This document shows, piece after piece, positions 28,155 to 43,170 of a stretch of 64,000 nucleotides of DNA. The position numbers and the translations under genes are program-made. The notes beneath the pieces are model-generated. The model was not told the DNA's origin. It did not search any database and was given only the letters and a program-made list of their open reading frames with translations. Every line of letters starts with the position of its first letter. Within the stretch, counting starts at the first letter, position 1. Source of the stretch: the human T2T-CHM13v2.0 reference genome, Homo sapiens; NCBI RefSeq assembly GCF_009914755.1, contig NC_060927.1. The stretch is one strand, 5' to 3'.

Positions 28155-28202
<48 letters not shown>
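28142..28202. repeat. (TAGA)3 TGA (TAGA)11 tetranucleotide STR next to the Alu tail
   Basis: Read directly from the sequence. Confidence 0.97.
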
Positions 28203-28541
28203 CAGTATGAGTTTGGCACCTTAATGGGATTGGCAGGCAATGAGTTGGCCTGAGTCCCTCCCTGTCCCTAACCCTGTGTGTAGCTGTGTGGCCAGAGTAA
28301 ATCATTTCACTTTGTTGGGCCTCAGCTTTCTCATCTGTAAAGTGGAGGAGCTGATACCAGAGTCCCAACATCCCTTCCAATTAAAGAACAATAATCTTGA
28401 AATTAGAAAAGCCCATTTCCTGGCAAGGTTGTGTGCTGTTGCTCATGCAGAAAACAAACTCCCTGATGGTCAGACTTAGTGTGCTTAGATGCTCTTTTCT
28501 TTTGTTGTTGAAACATCAATTGCAGAAGCTAAATTCCCAAG

Positions 28542-29038
28542 TGTTCCAGTTACCTATTGATAATAGAAACCAAAACAGTGGCTTAAAGCAGTAACAATCA
28601 TTTATTTTGTTCAAAAATCTTAGGGTTGACCAGGCTCAGCTAGGCAGCTCTCATCTGGGATCTCTTGGGTGATTGCAGTCCAGCAGTGGCCAGGGTCATC
28701 TTGCAGGCTCTTCACTTTCATGTCCGGTGCCTGGCTGGGGCTGGGACAGCTGGGTCTCCTCAGGCGTTCCTGTTACTCTCTGCAAGGTCTCTTTATGTGG
28801 CCACCTTGAGGGAACTGGAGTTCTTACGGGGGGCCAAAGCCCCCAAGAGAAACCTGTAAAAGCTGCATGAGCTTTTTGGCTGTAGCCTCAGAAGGGATGT
28901 AGGGTGTCACTTCTGCCTCATTGTATTCATCAAGGCAGTAACAAAGGCCTACCTAGGTTCAAAGGGAGGGGAAACAGACTCTACCTCTTGGTGGGAAGAA
29001 TGTCAGAGAACTTGTAGACACAATTTAAAATCACACCA
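28542..29038 (-). mobile_element. MaLR MLT1 solo LTR
   Basis: tgttccagttacctattg...gtggcttaaagc...ggttcaaagggaggggaaacagactctacctctt. Confidence 0.8.
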
Positions 29039-29265
29039 AGAGTCCAGGATGGTTCAGAAGACTTCTTAGACTGCTATGATTCGCTGTTAAAAGGGTTTAA
29101 AACAGCAATGCACAAAATATCTTGCAGTAGAAAACCTAGTTTAATGGGGAAGGAAGATCTACTTAGAAGAAACTTAAAATTATGAAAAAAAGATAAAATT
29201 CTATTTTTATGAATTTTCTGTGTAACAAATATGCCTTGTGTGTATATAAGCAATTTTAAGAGAAA

Positions 29266-29360
29266 GTGTGTATGTATATGTGTGTATATATAATTTTTGT
29301 TATATATATATATATATACACACACACATATATAATTTTGTGGTTTTTATATACATAATT
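29266..29360. repeat. Compound (TG)/(TA)/(CA) low-complexity repeat
   Basis: Read directly from the sequence. Confidence 0.85.
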
Positions 29361-29679
29361 TTTATTCTACCAAACAATGGAGTGTATGAGATGTTAGGAT
29401 TGGGGAAGAGGAGAGAATTAAATCAGGGGCTTCCAGTCCTTTTATTGTACTACTACAAGCTCCCCCGGTTACTTGCAAAATGAATTTAATTTACTGGGTT
29501 GTTAAAAGAACACCAAATATGTCATACAGAGCCCTGGAATAGAGATAGAAAAAAAACAAGACAGAAGAAAAGTCAAGAGACCAACAATAGAGAATCAGTT
29601 CTCCAAAGATGTGAATCATTGCTTTTGAATGGCAGAGCCCCCTCGGGAGATGGGTAGAGCAGAACAATAAATGAAAGTA

Positions 29680-29900
29680 GTCGAGAGCATAGACTCTGCA
29701 GCCAAGCTGCCTAGGAACAAATTGCAGCTTGCCATTCCCCAGCTATATGACCATGGGCAAGTTCCTGTACCTCTCTGTGCTTCTTTTCCTCAATTGCAAC
29801 AGGGAGCTAATAATACTACCTGCTTCATGAGGTTGCTGTGAGAATTAAATATGTCAGTACAGGCTTAGCCCTTTGAGCAGTGTATAGTACATATTAGCCA
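29680..29900 (+). mobile_element. MIR SINE
   Basis: gaccatgggcaagttcctgtacctctctgtgc...gttgctgtgagaattaaat. Confidence 0.75.
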
Positions 29901-31269
29901 TTTCTCTTTTCATCAATTCCCTTGTTGCCTTTGCCAGATGCAAATGTCATGCCCAATATGGACTGCAGGCAGCCAACCAAATAAACAGAAGGAGGAGGAC
30001 CTTTCCTTCCCTTGGGTCCTGAGCTCATGTATGCATTGGAATTTTCAGTAGGAGGAGACCTTCTTGTGATGTCTGGACACCCATCAATATGTAGATTCCA
30101 CCCCACAACAATTGTCCATATTCAGACACGTTTTAAAAATCGGTTCCACATTTCAAGCATGTGAAACTAGGTTTTAGCTTTAGTCTCTACTACATATTTG
30201 GAATTAAAGCCTCTAGAGTCCATTATGCAAATCCATGCAAATAATATGCAAAGAGGCAGTAGCCTCAGATTGTGGGGAGGGGGAGTGTGTAGTCCAGCAC
30301 AAAGGGCCTTGAATGAAAATTTGCATGTGTTAGGGAAGCCCTGGGTTGAAGGCCTCAGATGTTTATTGTGACAGTGTGCATAGCATTCAGTTGTTAACCT
30401 TTTGTGCCAAAGAAGAGAGGTAAATGCTTGTCTGATTTCCATATTGAAGGTGACAGTAGAGGTTGGGGGTGGTATTTGGCTAGCACAACATTGTAGGGAT
30501 TTTTATTATACAAATGAAAAGTTGCTTTGAAATAATGGCTGTGGTCCAGGCTGTGTCCCCAACCAGCAATGTGTTCTTGGACAAGTCACTTCCCTCCTTC
30601 TGTTGCCCACTCTGTGAAATGAGGGGATTGGATTAGGTGAAATGCCAGATCCCCTCTCACTGTAACATGTAAACATCATCCTCCAGGTAAAAATCCCTTG
30701 GCACCCACGGTGGCAGTATCCGTTCATTGTGCCAAAGATGATGTACTCTAAAGTCCAAAGAAGAAAGGGCTAAGAGGTAACTCTACAGTTCTAGAGAGAA
30801 CAATAACTTCAGGGGATGCTGATAGCTGAGTGGGGGAAATAGGCAGCAGCAACAAAGACAAACATATTTACTTAGGCTGTGTATCTTACAGCACCAAGGA
30901 TTCCAGTCAAAGGCTTCCCAGCTAGGAGGATGTTAGTTCCTGGAATGCCAGTGATGGGAAAGTCAGGGGAATTTTTTTCCCTGAGTGTTTTAAAGATCAG
31001 TCTGTATTAACCCCTCTCTCTGCCTCTGGAGTGCCGCAAAAGTTCTCCTAGAGGCCATGGTGGCTCCTCTCCCACCTGAGGGCCTGTCCCTGGGGTCAGC
31101 CAATGTTGCTTCCAAAAGACTGCTGTGTCCTTGGTCTCCGGTCTTTTATTGTATCTGACACATCTGGTGCCTGGCCCCAGAGATTCCCCGGGCCCTTAAT
31201 TTTAACTCCAGCTGTTGCAGCAAACACCAGCTGGGTGCAGGCAGAACCTGACAGCCCTATGGCCCAGAA

Positions 31270-31608
31270 CTTCTCTGATCCAGCTAATGGAGACCTGGCG
31301 TCAGTCAGGAAGTGCAGTGATGAGCATCCCAGGAGCAGCCCTTGATCAGTGAATATGGGAGCCTCTGGGTGAGTGTTCTTTTCAGGCAGACAATTTGAGG
31401 TGCAGCCTACTCAGCTCCACTGACGTCCCCTGTGAGTTTGAGGTGCCCACCTGGACCAGCTCATAACCTGCCCTCAGATTGGTTTTCCCTGTTTCACTAA
31501 TCTCAGACCCCCACGGCTGACCCCACAGATCATTTTCCAGTATAAACTTCCTGCACAAAAGCCCTGTCTCTGTCTCTCCTTTTTCAGAGGATCTCTTAAC
31601 ATAAGGCA
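31270..31608 (+). mobile_element. Old ERVL LTR (LTR16/LTR33 group) remnant
   Basis: 3' end tataaacttcctgcacaaaagccctgtctc...taaggca. Confidence 0.5.
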
Positions 31609-31610
31609 TG

Positions 31611-32001
31611 TGTATTAGTTTGCTAGGGCTTCCATAACACAATACCACAGACAGAAATGTACTTCCTCACATTTGAGGAGGATGGAAGTCTAAATTCAAG
31701 GCGCCAATAGGGTTGGAGTCCCCCGAGTCCTCTCTCCTTGGCTTGCAGATGGCGTCCTCTAGCTGCCGTGTCCTCACATGGTCATCCCTCTGTGCACACG
31801 TGCTCCAGATGTCTGTGTGTCCTAATCTCCTCTTCTTAAGAAGGACACCAGTCAGATCGAATTAGGGCCCACTCTATTGGCCTCATTTTACTTTAATTAC
31901 CTCTTTGAAAGCCCTATCTCCAAATATAGTCACATTCTGAGGTACTGGGAATTAGGGATTCAACATAGGGATTTTGGGGGTGCATAAGTCAGTCCTTAAC
32001 A
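31611..32001 (-). mobile_element. MaLR MLT1A/B-type solo LTR
   Basis: tgtattagtttgctagggct ... gtcacattctgaggtactggg ... agtccttaaca. Confidence 0.85.
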
Positions 32002-32452
32002 ACACTTAACACTTGTGAGCTAAACAGACACTTGAAAGGGAATGTCCATCAAAACATGGAGGTCACCACCACTAGCCCTAGGAATAGATTGTCTCTCTGG
32101 TGTTAAGCTGTGGGCAGGATAGGGGCACCAGAATAACCCTGAGCAGGTCAGAGCATAACAGCACATTAATTCTTCTGGGATGCAACATACTGTCCTCTTC
32201 TTCCTCCTTCTGCATCATTGATAGTGGTTGACCAGGATAAGCATGCACTTTAAAGACAACCCTTGTTTCACATACTTCTGCTACTGTGTGACTTTCCACA
32301 TGTTGCCTAATCTCCCCAAACCTCAATTTCATGCTCCACCAAGTGGTCATATGGATTAAAGCATGAAAGCCTGGGCCAGGGCAAGTGTTCAGTAAACAGG
32401 TTTTAGGATTGACTCGAATACACAGAATGTGCTGTCGGTGTGTGGTCTAGAT

Positions 32453-32842
32453 CAGGGGTCCCCAACCACTGGGTCACAGACCAGTACCAGTCTGTGGCCT
32501 GTTAGGAACCAGGCTGCACCACAAGAGGTGAGAGGCCGGTGAGCCAGCATCACCACCGGAGCATCACCGCCAGAGCGTTACTGCCAGAGCTCTGCCTCCT
32601 GTCAGGTCAGCGGCACCATTAGATTCTCATAGGAGCACAAACCCTATTGTGAACTGCACATGCAAGGGATGGATCTGGTTGCGTGCTCCTGATGAGAATT
32701 GAATGCCTGCTGATCTGAGGTGGAAGAGTTTCATCCCAAAACCATACCCCCCCGACCAACTCCAGTCCATGGAAAAACTGTCTTCCACAAAACCAAGTGG
32801 AAGACAATTTGTCCCTGGTGCCAAAAAGGTTGGGGACCGCTA
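32453..32842. mobile_element. MER1B hAT-Charlie MITE
   Basis: TIRs caggggtccccaacc / ggttggggaccgcta; perfect 8-bp TSD gtctagat at 32445-52 and 32843-50. Confidence 0.92.
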
Positions 32843-34437
32843 GTCTAGATCATGAATGAAAGTTTAGAAAAAAATAGATTGTTTAGGGCAAATTTTTGGT
32901 CCTAGAGTTGGTGGGTGCTACAGCCTCAGTGCAATCTAAAGTCCCCCGCAGCCTCCCACTCCCCACCAATTTAGAAGTGCCCGGTGAGGACACAGGCCCA
33001 TGCCCAGGCTCCACCACACACCAAATGGTGATCCTGGGCCTTGTGTCAAAGGCATGCCTGGAGATCTCCTCCCCATCTCTGCTTCTCGCCAGGGCCCTGC
33101 CTTCTCCATCAGACACCTGGGAATCACAGCTGGGGCCCCTGCTTTGGCCGTTTGTCCTGCTGGAATCTGATGGAGGAAAGACGCTCTGAGAGAGTAATTA
33201 GACGCAGACAGAGATCTCTCTCCATAGTCAGAGGAGCCTAGCAGGGGCTGAAGGAACTGCCTGAGGATGACAAAGAAGGGGATCCATGAACAAGGAGGTG
33301 CTAACAGGTCAGAATCAGGCCTCAGAGGACTGTTGGCCCTTCCTCAGCCGTAGAGACAGGCTCTTCCCAACCCATGTGTTGTCAACGGCTCCTACATGTC
33401 ATGCTTGCATGAGGTACCATTTTTAAAAATAGGCACATGCTATTGTGATTGATAAAATCCACACATAACTAGAAATGTTTTTAAACATATACGTTTTTGT
33501 CCTTGTGCATTTTCTTGAACTGCAAGTATGCACATTGGCTATCATACAAAATCCTTTTTTTTTTTTTTTTTTAATGTTCAAAAGGGCTCCTTCTACTCAA
33601 AAAGGCTGGATATCACCAATGACAATTTTTCAGAGTTCAGCCACATGAATGCCATAGGAAAAGCAGTTAATAACAACCATGACACCAGCCGGCATTTGTA
33701 GAAGGCACCTTCTGTTCCAGGCTGTGCTAAGTGCTTTTATGGGCTCCAGGTCTGGTTGCTCTTCTCTAGACCCCGGTCCTCTTCTGCCTGTCACTCTTCT
33801 ATGGCACTGAGACATCTTTGTCTTATTTTAGGATTGTTTGTGGATATGTGCGAGCTTATCCAGGGCCAGAGACTGCCCTGTTCGTTTTTGTGTCCTCCAG
33901 GGTCAGGGAGAGGGTTGAACCTCCATAATTGTTTGGCGAATGGTCCTGAAGGGACAGAGGTCTGTTTGCTTGTACCTTTGTGTAGTTTATAAATGGAAGA
34001 TTCAGAAAAGGGCATAAGAGTTGGTACATACTGCCACCCAGGCCTTCCTCATTTGGCTTGGGGTGGCTCACACAGAGTTCACACAGGCTTCCCCACAGGC
34101 AAGCTGTCCTTGACCACTCCTGGCTGCAGAGGAAGAGGCAGATGTGGAGGCCACAAGCCTTCTACACCTCCAGCCCCAGCCTGTTCTGAAAAGTTGCCCT
34201 TGTGGGGAGGGCTGATGGCGTTTCTGAGGCATGTGGGAAAGGAGGAGCCTGGCCAGGGTAGCTGCTCTGCTTCCCCTGGTGCTGGTCTCTCTTTCCAGCA
34301 GGTACCAGGCAGCACCTACCTAATAGACCTGCCCCAGCTCCACAGACAGTTCTGGTTCAGTGTAGGAGCACTAGTGTGGGCTCAGGAATGCTCCTGACGT
34401 TTCCTGAGTTCCCAGCACTGTCCTAGGCCACAGGTAA

Positions 34438-35985
<1,548 letters not shown>

Positions 35986-38900
35986 TGATTTGGCATCCTT
36001 GCCAAGTGGGCTACAAAAATTCCCAGAATCTCAGGAAACTAGGTATCAGGACAGGTTATCCCTGACCCTAGTCCTCAGCTCTGCCTGGCCATGGCTTGAA
36101 TGCCTGCTGATCATAAAGTCACAACTCCCAGGAGCTGGGGGAGGACCTTACAGGCAGTCTAATCCAACCCTGCATTTTGCAGAAAAAAAATGCCAAGCTA
36201 GCAGTGACATGGTTCACCCAGGATCCCAGAATTAGTGAGAGGCAGGGCTGGGCTGAGAGCTTGTAGCAGCTGTCTTCCAGCCCAGTGCCCTTGTCATGAC
36301 ACCACTCTGCCTCAAGGTAGCCTGCCAATGCCTCTAGCAACCTGGCACCAAGACACCATAGGTCAATGTCGATGCTTCAAAATTTACAGCCTCCAACTAG
36401 CAAACCCCTCACCTTCCTCTTTATCTTCCATCCTCTTTCTTGTGTTTTCTCTCCTCCTGCCCCTCTTCTCTCCTTCTGTCTCTCTTCTCCTAAGAAAGAA
36501 AAAGAGATAAAGCTTTCATCTGGTGGGAAGTTCTATAGCTTTGGCAAAAACCTAGTTCTTGCAGCTAAATTAAGGCTTGAGAGTTACGTAAACTCTAGCA
36601 ACTCTCCACCCCCACCCCACTTTATTTGTTCGTAGGTGATGTGAGCTGATTGCATTGTGGACCTTGTCCTTAGTTTTTGCCCTCCCAAGGCCACCAGCTT
36701 CTCCTTGCTGCTGCCTGGCACTCTGTGAATGAGGAGTCAGGAGGCATTCTCTCTGTATTCTCCATAAAGAATCTGGTACAACCTCTCAGAACTTTAGGGA
36801 TTTCATTATGTCTTCCCTCATGTACTTGAGCTTTGATTCTTATGATTCTTAGAGTTTCTCTGATAGCCTTGCAGGAATCCTCAGCCACACCCCACCCCAA
36901 ATGGTTACCATCTGCCACTCCCTTACCCCTTCCAGGGATGGCCACACTGCCCCACCCTCATATCCCCGCTCCTCGGACAGCCCATTCTCCTCTGACCCTC
37001 CAGGTTGTTGTCCAGCTCTCCTGGGGGCCTAAAGTTTGCCTTCTTGTGATTCCCACTCTATGGCCCTAAGCTGTGCCATCTGAAGCCATACAACTCTAGT
37101 TTGTCTAGCAACGTCTGAAACATTTGAAACAGCTCTGAAAGGCAGCCTTCTCTTCATCCAAGCTGCTCAGCCCCGGCCCTTCAAGTCTTCTTTGTAGGGC
37201 TGCATTGCCTGGGCCTGTCTCCCATCTGCCCCCTCTGGGGTAGCTTCTGCTTTGTCTCCCAAAAGGAAGCACAGCATTCCACCTGTGTCTGGCTACGGAA
37301 GAGGGAGCCGATGGTGGACTCTTTCTTTAGTAGCACTCAGGCAGCCAGCACTGGCATCAGCTCTGCTGGTTGTATTGGCTTCAGGTCATACATAGGCTTG
37401 CCCTGATCTCAAGAGGAACAAAGCCCCGAAGGCTTCCCTCAGGGAAGGCTGCTGAGCCAGGTCTCCCAGCTTTTCCTCCTGCTCTGGGTTGTTAGTGCAG
37501 GAGGTTTATGCCTTTAATGCGAACCATGATTTCCACTTGGCCTTGTGTTGCAAGATCTTTTTATATCCGGAGTCTAGATTCTTTTCAGGAGCCGCCTCTC
37601 ATAGCTTTCGGTCTCCTTCAGGTTGATGAGCAAAGTAAACTTTCCATGTCAGGGCTGGGCAAACTGCTTCTGCTGAAGGACCCAATTCAAGAAAAGTAAA
37701 AGTGTTTGCAAGTTGCATATTTCATTCTTAATGAAAACAGCTTTATTGTCTCTCATGAAAACACACATTTACACATTTATTCTTAAAACTGCAGTTGCCC
37801 ACTTCTAAAACAGAAGAATGATCATGAGAAAATGTAGCACTATTAGCCAATGAATTCTTAATAATGGTTGGTCATATCTGAGAAGTAACTACAGTAGAGA
37901 CAGCTTTCTAATTTTCCAATCTTTACATGTGTCTAGGATGCTCTCGTTTACAAAGTGCATTCCGTTATTTTTTTATCATTCCATCTTAGACCAGCCAGAG
38001 ACATAAAAGCAGGAACAAGCAAACACACTGCTAAACACACAGGTGCCACAGTGACTCCAGCTGTCCTCCACACCTTACAGGTAGGGAGTGAGTCACCAGG
38101 TGAAGTGATTGACCCAAGGTCCTGACCACACAGTGAGTCAGCCTAGATCTGGTAATACAAAATCTGTTTGATTCAGTGCAGGATTTCCTGTGTGCCCATT
38201 GTGTGCCAGACACTGTGCCGAGCATTAGGGAATCTGAGATATGGGCCTCCCTCTTTGAGCTGGATAGCCTGCACCCCACAGGCTACACCCACCTGGATTT
38301 TGCAATTCTAAAAGGACTCCTACTTCTCCCCCAGCCCTTCTGTTATGTATAAGCTTGAAATTAGATCAGATCTTATTGCAAAGCTGGAAAGCCCATGGGC
38401 TGCCTAAACCATGCATAAAAATGTCAGCCAAGACAGGAGCAAGGACACAGCCTGGGACTGTCCCTTGAGGATTCTTCTGGCACCCTGAAAGGAGCCTTCA
38501 GGTGCTGGAGATGGAACATATTACTTTCTAAAGAAAGACACAAACTTTTAATAAAAGTGGACTCTGGTAGCCCCTTGGGAACCGCACACCCCTCTCCCTT
38601 TGATGTCTGTCTTGCGTTTCCACTATACACAAGGAGGCTCTTGCCTTGGCCCTGACTGCCTCCACATCAGCTCCATGTCCTCAGTCATGGCCCCAACTCC
38701 TGCGGGACCATCGTTAACCCTGTGAAGGCTCCAGTGAGAGGGCCATTAAGGTGGAAGAATATTTGTCCAGCTTCAGAACCCTGTGCTCTCAGGAACTATC
38801 CTCATCTATTTGGACTGTTTTCATAGCCCAGCACCACTCTAGTTATCAGGAAAGCAGACCTCTTCCACGTCTAAGGGCCCCTTGTTTTGGACCTTCTCAG

Positions 38901-40596
38901 TGGCTTCATTTATCTTAAAGCTACTCTACAGACCTCAAAGAAGGGTTTCATCCTTTGCCAGTTTGCCAGATATTTCAGGCACTCTGAGTCAGGAGTAAAG
39001 TGCATGCATCAGTTTCCTCTCATCTGGCATTTCATACCAGCACTGGCCCCTACCTTGCTTCTCTGAAGCCACCAGAGTCAGAATTCAGATGGGCGGGGTG
39101 CTGGGCAGCGGTGATCCTCTGCTCCTGGTAGAAGTGGGAGTTGAGTAAGGCAGATCCCAGGCCTGTGCAAGGAGGGAGGGTGTCCGTTCACCTGCCCTCC
39201 CAGATTGCAAGCCACAACCAGTGCCTGGAGGCATATATGTGTCCCGGGGCTGAGAAATGCTTTTCTCTCCTGAGCCCTGCCAGACACTCTAAGCCACGCA
39301 CGTTTTCAGAAGTGCTGAGAACTGAAATTGATTGGATTCAGGCCATAATGGGCTAGGGCAGAGGAGCCAGGTGGCTCCCAAGCTGGTCTCTGCTGCCACC
39401 ATCAGGACGCACAGAGCCCACCACTCTTGCCAGAAGCCTCCACGCCTGGCGCTGAATTGGTCGGCGCTCACCATTGTCAGCGGTCTGAGTTTTCATGAGC
39501 GTGTCAGTTTTGTGGCTCTGTCAGGGTCCTTTGCCTGTTTGTCACATGTGATGTCCATTTTTGAAAATGCCTTCACCCATCCTCCCTGCAAGAAGATGGG
39601 GCTGTTTGGAGGGTGAGATTAGAAAAATAGACTAGCTGCAGATGTTTGTCATCACCAACTCAAGTTCACCCTGGCCAAAGTGGAGTAGCCCCTCTCTCTC
39701 TGACACTAGACACTTGAGGGCACCCTCTGCACCTGGTCCCCAGAGCAGTCTGGCCTCCTTCTAGACAGTGGAGCATTAGTGCAGCATTCAAAGAGGTCAC
39801 ATACCATTGTGCTGATGGTTGCTCAGTGAATATTAGACCTGAATGTATATGTGTGCCTTTTCACTCACAGGCCCTGAATGAGTTTATAATTATTATATAA
39901 GAAAACCCGGGTGAGAATGACTCTTGCCAATGAAAAGAGTAGAAGAGATTGGGATCAGAAGGCATTATGGCTGGGAAACATGTCTCCTTGGAGCTTACGG
40001 ATCAAACAGGGATGGGAGAGCCTCAAGGCAATGCAGGGATATCCAGGGAATGTCCCCCAGCTGTTCCAGTGTTAGACCCATACCCTGACAGCTCTTCCCT
40101 GTGCATCCCAGCCAGCACCTCCAGGCAGCACTCAGTCCTCACTTCATGGCTTCTCCCCAAGAGGGCCGTGGGCTTCTACAGGCACATTCCCGCCTGCCAG
40201 GCTGGTGGGTCAGACACTAAGCCCCCCAGCCTGACCTCCCTCCATACCCTGAGGCCTCCCTGTGACCTCCTCCCTCAGCCTCCAAAGGAGGGAAATGGCT
40301 GTGCACAGCCCAGGTGCACCCCTCCCACTGGCACCCATGGGCGAATCCTTTCCCTCACTGGTCTCAGGTTTCTCATCGACAAAACAAAGGGGCCAAACTG
40401 AAATGTGTCATCACTCCCTGTCCTCACAGTTAAGCCTGCATAGATCATTAGAGAGGAAGCCTAGTATGCTTCTAAGACTTGGCTTGTGGAATCAAACATA
40501 CCTGCACACAACCCCAGCTCTTAACATTTGTTGGCTATAGGACTTACACAAGTAACTTCATCATTGATCCAGTGTCTGTCTGCAAAATGGGACTCC

Positions 40597-40940
40597 TGTC
40601 CACTGTGTTAGTTCCTTCGAGATGCAGGCACCAAGATGGGATTAGGCATATAAGAGAATTATTGGGGGAAACACCTGTAAAATGTTCAGGAAGGAACTGA
40701 AGTAGGCAGAGGAAGCCCCAGACTGCAGTGCAGGCCTGACCCCCATGAAAGGAGAGGGAGAAGGAAAGAGAATTCAGTAGGAAGAGTCTTAGACTACAGT
40801 GTTGTTCTAAGAAAGTTTCTGCCAGCCAGTGGGAGTCCTTAAGCCATTAGAGGGGTTCCATGTCCAGCAGGAACAGGCCTGCACTAGTACCCCTGTCATG
40901 GTCAATCATGGCTGACCAGGGCATTTTCATGGCTGCAACC
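40597..40940 (-). mobile_element. ERVL LTR16-like LTR inserted in a MIR
   Basis: gggggaaacacctgt...gaaaggagagggagaagg; MIR halves flank it at ~40460-40596 and ~40940-41020. Confidence 0.7.
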
Positions 40941-41539
40941 TCGAAGACTTGTAAAATCAGAGATGATGCATGTTAGGTCTTATCTTAGCATCTGCCATGG
41001 AGAAGGTACTCAATAAATGGCAGTGATCAAACAGTGATGATTATTCATCTTATTGTTTTTAAGATTTGCAATGCCTGCTCAAACAGGCCCGGGAAAGAGC
41101 AATTCAATAGTTGTTTGAAAGGTTGAATCCTCAGGGGACCTGCAGGGTTTCATTTCCATTTCTCATCACACAGCAGATCCTATCACCTGAAAGCATGCCC
41201 TTCCACAAATGTGAATACAGTACTCAGGGCTCCATCTGAAAATGGAGTGACCCCTCTTCTTCCTGTCACACATCTGACAAGCCATGGATGACTCCCCAGT
41301 GACATTCCTGGGAACCCAAGAGAGCTTAATTCCCAACTCTGTTTTAAAACTCAAGGAAATTGGGACTCCATGACCTCCTCCAGAGTCTTGATGGCTACTG
41401 CCTCAGGAGAAACAGAGCGGTTGAAGCTTTTCAACTAAATGGGAAAGGGAACAGTTAACATCTTGTGTTTGCATAGAGCTGCGCAGTTTACAAAACGCTT
41501 CTGCATATGTCATCTCTATACCCTCCGGTGTTCAGGACA

Positions 41540-43170
41540 ATATAGGATAGTGGATATCAACTTGAAGATCATCAAGACCTGGACTCAAGTTGCAGTAATT
41601 AGTTGGGTGATCAAGATCAATACTATTAGCTTCTGTGACCTTCAGTTACCTGTTCTGAAAATGGGAAGAGCAATAGTGCCTTCCTCAGGCAGTTATCATG
41701 TGGGCTAAATAAGCTTCAAAGTGCCTGGGTCAGTGCTGGGAATATAGTAGAGACCCTGTAAGTCTGACTTGTACTTTTCTTTCTTGGATGAAAGGTGAGA
41801 CCACTGAAATAGTGAATGTTCTAACCCCTAGGTGGAGCTTTGTCCTTGAGCCACCCAATAGTCATATAACACAGTTTTTCTTTCTAGATCTCTCTTGTAG
41901 AGGATGTTGGGAGAACAAGAAGAGAACTGTCATTAATTAAGCATCCATTGTGTGTCAGGCATTGTGTTTGGCATTTTGCATCCATGATCTCTTTAATTCT
42001 CATTACAAGCCTATGAAGTTCATCTTAAGTGACTTTCCAGGTGGAATACATGGCAGAGTCACAATTTGAACCTAGGTCTTTCTGTAGCCAGGCTGGCTTT
42101 CAGTAAGTAAATGAAATGGTGTTTGAGAAGCACTGGAAACTCCCTGAGAGAAATATAATCAGGCCAGGAGCATGAACATGTGAGGGGAAGACAGCGTGGA
42201 GCAGAACTTTCTGTTCTGACTCCCAGGCCTTCCCGCAGGGCAGGATCTCTGCATCTGGCATTCTAACAACATGGGCTGTTAGAGCACTGGACTCGGGGGC
42301 GGAGGACTTGGATTCTGCAACCTCTACCAGCCCAGGTTAGCAGCATGGCCTTGAGCAAGTTCACCTCTCTAGGTTTCCATGCCCCACCTTCTAGAATAAG
42401 AATGTAGGCTGGGGGAAGGGGCTGATTTGTTTCAGCACCTACTGTGCACCAGGGACAATTTGAAGTGCTGGCAGATGTATGACTGCATTTAATCTTCCCA
42501 AGGAAGCTGACGCTGAGAGAGGTTAAGTAACTTACTCAAGTCATGCAAGTAATAGATTGTCACCTAGATTCTAATTCTAAATTCGATGTCCCTTTTGCCC
42601 TATTGACTAGGCCTAAGATGGCATCTGTCACTTTGATTCTGTTTGCTTATAACTGCTCAGTAGATCAGAGGCACAAATATCTTTCTACCTTAGAGAGGCG
42701 TGCAAACTATACAAATCTGACTCACAGATACACTTTTCCCCTGCCAGCCTGTGTTCTGTGTCTATGGCAGTGTTTTGTGGGGCATGATGGGATGTGCCCC
42801 TACAGGCTGATAACTGAAGAGCTGTTCTGTTTGTCCTGATTGCTCCCCTCCCTCTAGCTCTAACTCTACCAAAACTGAGCTGGAGCTGAGGAAACAGCAC
42901 TTTTCCCACTTCCCAGATGGTTCCCTCTTTATGGCTTCTGTCACACCAGCTAGAACTCCTCCAGGTGTTTCACCATGCCAGCTGCAGGAGCAGAGTGAAA
43001 GGTAGTGACAATGAAGAACAGAGACACCAGAGAAGGGGACAGGGGACCCGGGATCTTGTCCCAGCTCTGCCACTCACATACCTGTGACCTGTGGCAAGTC
43101 GGCCAGCACTTTAGGCCACAGTTTTTCCTCTGTAGAATAAGGAGGCGGCCTGAATTAGCAAGTTTCAGGC
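41540..43170. mobile_element. Cluster of MIR fragments (~41540-41770, 41930-42090, 42270-42410, 42430-42600, 43050-43170)
   Basis: Repeated MIR core motifs in both orientations. Confidence 0.65.

Noticed and set aside
41040-42300. Several acceptor-like pyrimidine-AG sites (ending 41063, 41888, 42226) that could start alternative last exons
   Set aside because: Common motifs with no paired evidence visible; they cannot be supported without transcript data.
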